Under the pieces are notes generated by a model that had not been told where the DNA came from, did no database searches, and was given only the letters and a program-made list of their open reading frames with translations. The position numbers and the translations under genes were made by a program. Source: OCS116 cluster bacterium AG-390-I16 (GTDB taxonomy: Bacteria > Pseudomonadota > Alphaproteobacteria > MED-G09). Taken from it: a stretch of DNA of 64,000 bases. Below are positions 60,589-64,000 of the stretch, in pieces. Every line of letters starts with the position of its first letter. The first letter of the stretch is position 1. Location: positions 3,620-67,619 of the forward strand of contig QCGZ01000002.1 of NCBI GenBank assembly GCA_003279705.1, written 5' to 3'.

Positions 60589-62676
60589 ATGAGACCAAAG
60601 ATTCTAGATAAATTATTTAAACCTATAGAAACTACGAAAGGTATAGGACCAAGATTAAAAATAAAACTAAAATATTTAATTGGTGAAAATATTGTTGATT
60701 ATTTATGGCACCTTCCAAATAATATCATTGATAGAAGTTATAAACCTACAGTTATTTCTGCTGAAAATGAAAGAATTGTAACAATAGACATAACAGTTTC
60801 AAAGCATTCTCCATCAAGAAGAAGAGGATTACCATATAAAATAACCTGCATAGATGAAACTGGAGAAGTTGATTTAATTTGGTTTAACGCCAGAAAACAA
60901 TATTTAGAAGATATACTTCCTGTTGGTTCAAACGCAACTATTAGTGGTAAAATTGAAACCTATAAAAATAGAAAACAAATCATACATCCCCAACATATTG
61001 TAAAAAATCAAGAAGTAGATGATTTTCAAGATATTGAGCCTGTTTATAGACTAACTCAGGGTTTATCAAATAAAGTAATCAGAAACTACATAAAAAAAGC
61101 TATAGATATGGTTCCAGATTTACCTGAATGGCATGACAAAGAACTTATAAAAAGAATGAAATGGCCAACATTTTCAAAATCAATTAATGATTGTCATAAT
61201 CCTCAAAGCACACAAGATTTGGATCATCAAAATATCTCAAAACAACGACTTTCATATGACGAGTTATTAGCAAATCAATTATCTTTAGCGTTAATTGCAA
61301 GAAACTTTGAAGCACCTAGAGGCCAGGTAATAAATGATAAAAATCAACTAGTTAAAGAGTTATTAAATAATTTATCATTTGAACTTACTAACTCACAGAA
61401 AGTCTCAATTGATGAGATATCAAATGACTTATGCAAACCTGATAGGATGATAAGATTACTTCAAGGAGATGTAGGATCAGGAAAAACTATTGTTGCACTT
61501 GCCGGGCTTTTTCACGTAGTTGGTTCATTAAAACAAGGAGCAATGATGGCGCCAACTGAATTACTTGCAAGACAGCATTATGAGAGTATTAAAGATTTAT
61601 GTTTAAAATCAGATATTAATGTCAGTATATTAACAGGAAAAATAAAACAAAAAGATAGAGAAAAAGTACTTAATGATCTTAAGGAAGGTAAAATTGATAT
61701 AATTATTGGCACACATGCCCTTTTTCAAGAAAAAGTAATTTTTAATGACCTAGGATTGGTTATAATTGACGAACAACACCGTTTTGGTGTTCATCAAAGG
61801 CTATCCTTGACCTCTAAAAGCAAGGATTATCCTCCAGATATTCTTATAATGAGCGCAACACCAATCCCAAGAACCCTTGAACTTACTGCATTTGGATCAA
61901 TGCAGGTTTCGAGGCTTTTGGATAAGCCCAAAGGCAGAAAACCAATAAAAACAATTGCAAAACCAATTGATAAAATTGATGAAGTTATTGATTCTATTGA
62001 AAGATTAATAAATATGAATGAAAAGACTTATTGGGTTTGTCCTCTAATTGAAGAGTCAGAAAAAATTGATTTGGCGGCTGCAGAAGATAGATTTCATCAA
62101 CTAAATTTGATTTACAAAGATAAAGTGGGATTAGTTCATGGAAAGATGAAAATTGAAGATCGAGAAAAAGTAATGAATGACTTTAAATACGGTAAAAAGA
62201 TGATCTTAGTTGCCACAACAGTTATTGAGGTTGGAATTGATGTACCTGATGCAACATTTATGATTATAGAACACTCAGAACGATTTGGTTTATCTCAACT
62301 CCATCAATTAAGAGGGAGAGTTGGAAGAAGTGATAAATTATCAAGTTGTCTACTATTATATAAGTCTCCGCTGGGAGAAAATGCTAAAAAAAGGATAGAA
62401 ACATTAAGAGGTACTGATGATGGATTTATTATAGCTGAGGAAGACTTAATTCTAAGAGGAGCTGGTGAAATACTTGGAGTAAAGCAATCTGGTTTACCCT
62501 ATTTTAAAATAGCAAATTTAAATATTGATAGAGAGTTATTGGAATTAGCAAAAAACGATGCAAATTTTATTATTGATAGCGATATTTTAGGGAAAACAGA
62601 AAGAGGAAAAAATTTAGAGATTTTACTTCATTTATTTAATAAAGAAGAGGCTCTTAAATATTTAGAGGCTGGTTAG
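60589..62676 (+). CDS. recG: ATP-dependent DNA helicase RecG
   Basis: OB wedge domain plus SF2 core (GDVGSGKT, DEQHRFG, QLRGRVGRS). ATG at 60589 preferred over the TTG at 60571. Confidence 0.95.
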   Translation: MRPKILDKLFKPIETTKGIGPRLKIKLKYLIGENIVDYLWHLPNNIIDRSYKPTVISAENERIVTIDITVSKHSPSRRRGLPYKITCIDETGEVDLIWFNARKQYLEDILPVGSNATISGKIETYKNRKQIIHPQHIVKNQEVDDFQDIEPVYRLTQGLSNKVIRNYIKKAIDMVPDLPEWHDKELIKRMKWPTFSKSINDCHNPQSTQDLDHQNISKQRLSYDELLANQLSLALIARNFEAPRGQVINDKNQLVKELLNNLSFELTNSQKVSIDEISNDLCKPDRMIRLLQGDVGSGKTIVALAGLFHVVGSLKQGAMMAPTELLARQHYESIKDLCLKSDINVSILTGKIKQKDREKVLNDLKEGKIDIIIGTHALFQEKVIFNDLGLVIIDEQHRFGVHQRLSLTSKSKDYPPDILIMSATPIPRTLELTAFGSMQVSRLLDKPKGRKPIKTIAKPIDKIDEVIDSIERLINMNEKTYWVCPLIEESEKIDLAAAEDRFHQLNLIYKDKVGLVHGKMKIEDREKVMNDFKYGKKMILVATTVIEVGIDVPDATFMIIEHSERFGLSQLHQLRGRVGRSDKLSSCLLLYKSPLGENAKKRIETLRGTDDGFIIAEEDLILRGAGEILGVKQSGLPYFKIANLNIDRELLELAKNDANFIIDSDILGKTERGKNLEILLHLFNKEEALKYLEAG

Positions 62677-63317
62677 TCTTTCTTTTCAGGCATAACTAGA
62701 CCAGCTGAAATTATTAATTTTGCTGCACTTTCAACAGTCATATCAAGTTCAATTACTTTATCTTTAGGAACAAATAATAAAAAACCAGATGTTGGATTTG
62801 GTGTTGTTGGAAGAAATACACAAAGCATTTCATTTTCATGTTTTTTAGCAATTTCACCTTTTGCTTCAGTTGTTACAAATGCAATAGCCCAGCACCCCTC
62901 TTTAGGATATTCAAGCATTACAACTCTTTGAAAGTTATTTGAAGATTTTGAAGCAATTGTTTGAAATATTTGTTTTAAAGTACCGTATATATTTCTTATA
63001 ATTGGTAAGCGATCAACTAATCGTTCACCATATCCAATTATAGTTCTTCCAAAGAAATTAGTTGTGAGAGCGCCTAGTATTGTCAAAATAATAAAAGCAG
63101 AAACAATTCCAAGTCCAGGTATATTAAAAGGAAGATCATTGTAACTTTTTGGAGCAAATGGAGAAAACCATCCATCTACTGCTTGTACAAACCAAATAGC
63201 CACCCATCCAGTAACAGTTATTGGAGCAGCAACAACAATACCAGTTAAAAAATAAGTTCTAATTTTTGAAAAAAAACCAGGCTTTAAATTTACATTTTTG
63301 TCTTTATTCTTTGTCAT
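62673..63317 (-). CDS. DUF502-family membrane protein
   Basis: 214 aa with two N-terminal TM helices, then IPGLG...FFGR and P..R.IY...KQ motifs. Confidence 0.75.
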   Translation of the reverse strand: MTKNKDKNVNLKPGFFSKIRTYFLTGIVVAAPITVTGWVAIWFVQAVDGWFSPFAPKSYNDLPFNIPGLGIVSAFIILTILGALTTNFFGRTIIGYGERLVDRLPIIRNIYGTLKQIFQTIASKSSNNFQRVVMLEYPKEGCWAIAFVTTEAKGEIAKKHENEMLCVFLPTTPNPTSGFLLFVPKDKVIELDMTVESAAKLIISAGLVMPEKKD

Positions 63318-63371
63318 AATAAGTTTGTATCATAAAATAACTTATGAAAAAAACTATTATTAAATAGAAAA

Positions 63372-64000
63372 ATGAATAAAACAGAAAAAAAAATAAAAGA
63401 TTTCTTAATATCAAAAGATAAAAAATTTAATTCAATTTTTGAAATTGATAAATTACCGGGAGGCTCTAGTAACGAAACCTGGATAATAAAATACAACAAT
63501 TCATCAAAAGAAAAAAAAATAGTACTTAGAAGACATTTTCAAGGAATGAGGAATATTGATAATAAATACCCTCCACTTTCATTAAAAATAGAGTCAGATG
63601 TAATGATGGCGGCGTATGAGGCTAAAGTTCCAGTTCCTAGGGTCTTGTACTCGACAGAATCCAATTCAGACTTAGGTGAAGGTTTTTTTATGGAATTTAT
63701 TGATGGAATAGCACTTGGTAATAAAATTGTGGATGAAAGTTTTCTTAAAAATAAAGATGTAAATTTGTCCAAACAATGTGGTCTTTATTTATCAAAGATA
63801 CATTCAATTAATTATAAAGAATTAAATAATATACAAAAATCTGAAGCGGCCGATGAATTAGAAAAATATAAAGAGGTATATAGAAATTATAATCTTAGTA
63901 TTCCTGTATTTGATTTTAGCATTAAGTGGTTAGAAAGAAATATACCAATTAATAAAAGACCTTATTTATTACATGGAGATTTTCGAAATGGAAATATACT
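63372..64000 (+). CDS. phosphotransferase (APH/choline-kinase-like) family protein, 5' part running off the window
   Basis: Hand translation from the ATG at 63372: MNKTEKKIKDFL...LPGGSSNETW...VLRR...FMEFIDG...LLHGDFRNGNI (catalytic-loop HGD..N). Absent from the ORF track because it is open-ended. Confidence 0.7.
   Translation, partial: MNKTEKKIKDFLISKDKKFNSIFEIDKLPGGSSNETWIIKYNNSSKEKKIVLRRHFQGMRNIDNKYPPLSLKIESDVMMAAYEAKVPVPRVLYSTESNSDLGEGFFMEFIDGIALGNKIVDESFLKNKDVNLSKQCGLYLSKIHSINYKELNNIQKSEAADELEKYKEVYRNYNLSIPVFDFSIKWLERNIPINKRPYLLHGDFRNGNI

Noticed and set aside
63314-63772. Minus-strand ORFs 63314-63499 and 63539-63772
   Set aside because: The plus strand carries an open-ended ORF from 63372 with clear phosphotransferase motifs (HGDFRNGN). 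The minus-strand ORFs are its antisense shadows.

Overview
AT-rich (about 30% GC by eye, not computed), very gene-dense chromosome segment with short or overlapping intergenic spacers. Gene content and order look alphaproteobacterial and SAR11/Pelagibacterales-like; that assignment is inference. Regions 0-35.5 kb and 45.5-64 kb are mostly housekeeping. They carry a TRAP transporter, glyA-nrdR-ribD-ribE-ribB(X)-ribH-nusB-thiL, hppA, dgt, argS, scpAB, tatABC, serS, yajC-secD-secF, uvrA, ssb, gyrA, coaD, queA-tgt, an ABC importer, tatD, mfd-sdhE and recG. The anomaly lies at 35.6-45.5 kb. A tRNA-Lys(UUU) gene is followed 2.1 kb downstream by a perfect 48-bp copy of its 3' half. Nested inside that pair is a second perfect 31-bp direct-repeat pair, each copy a tandem GTTTCCGCAAA doublet. 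The two repeat pairs bracket a single gene for a TPR protein with two TonB C-terminal domains, and no integrase is present. To the right of the second tRNA copy lies about 7.5 kb of accessory-looking genes: tiny secreted or membrane proteins, a flavodoxin-like quinone reductase, a cyclase, two NTF2-like proteins, a GST, a thioesterase, an alternative oxidase and a phage-type MazG-like module. Other notable points are secF split by a frameshift in an A8 run, a LysM domain apparently inserted into a SPOR domain, an RibB-GCHII-like fusion lacking the zinc cysteines, and an ABC importer with no binding protein but with a trailing 69-aa biotinyl-domain gene. No rRNA, CRISPR array, transposase or integrase was seen. 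Non-ORF coordinates were counted by hand and may be off by 1-2 nt.
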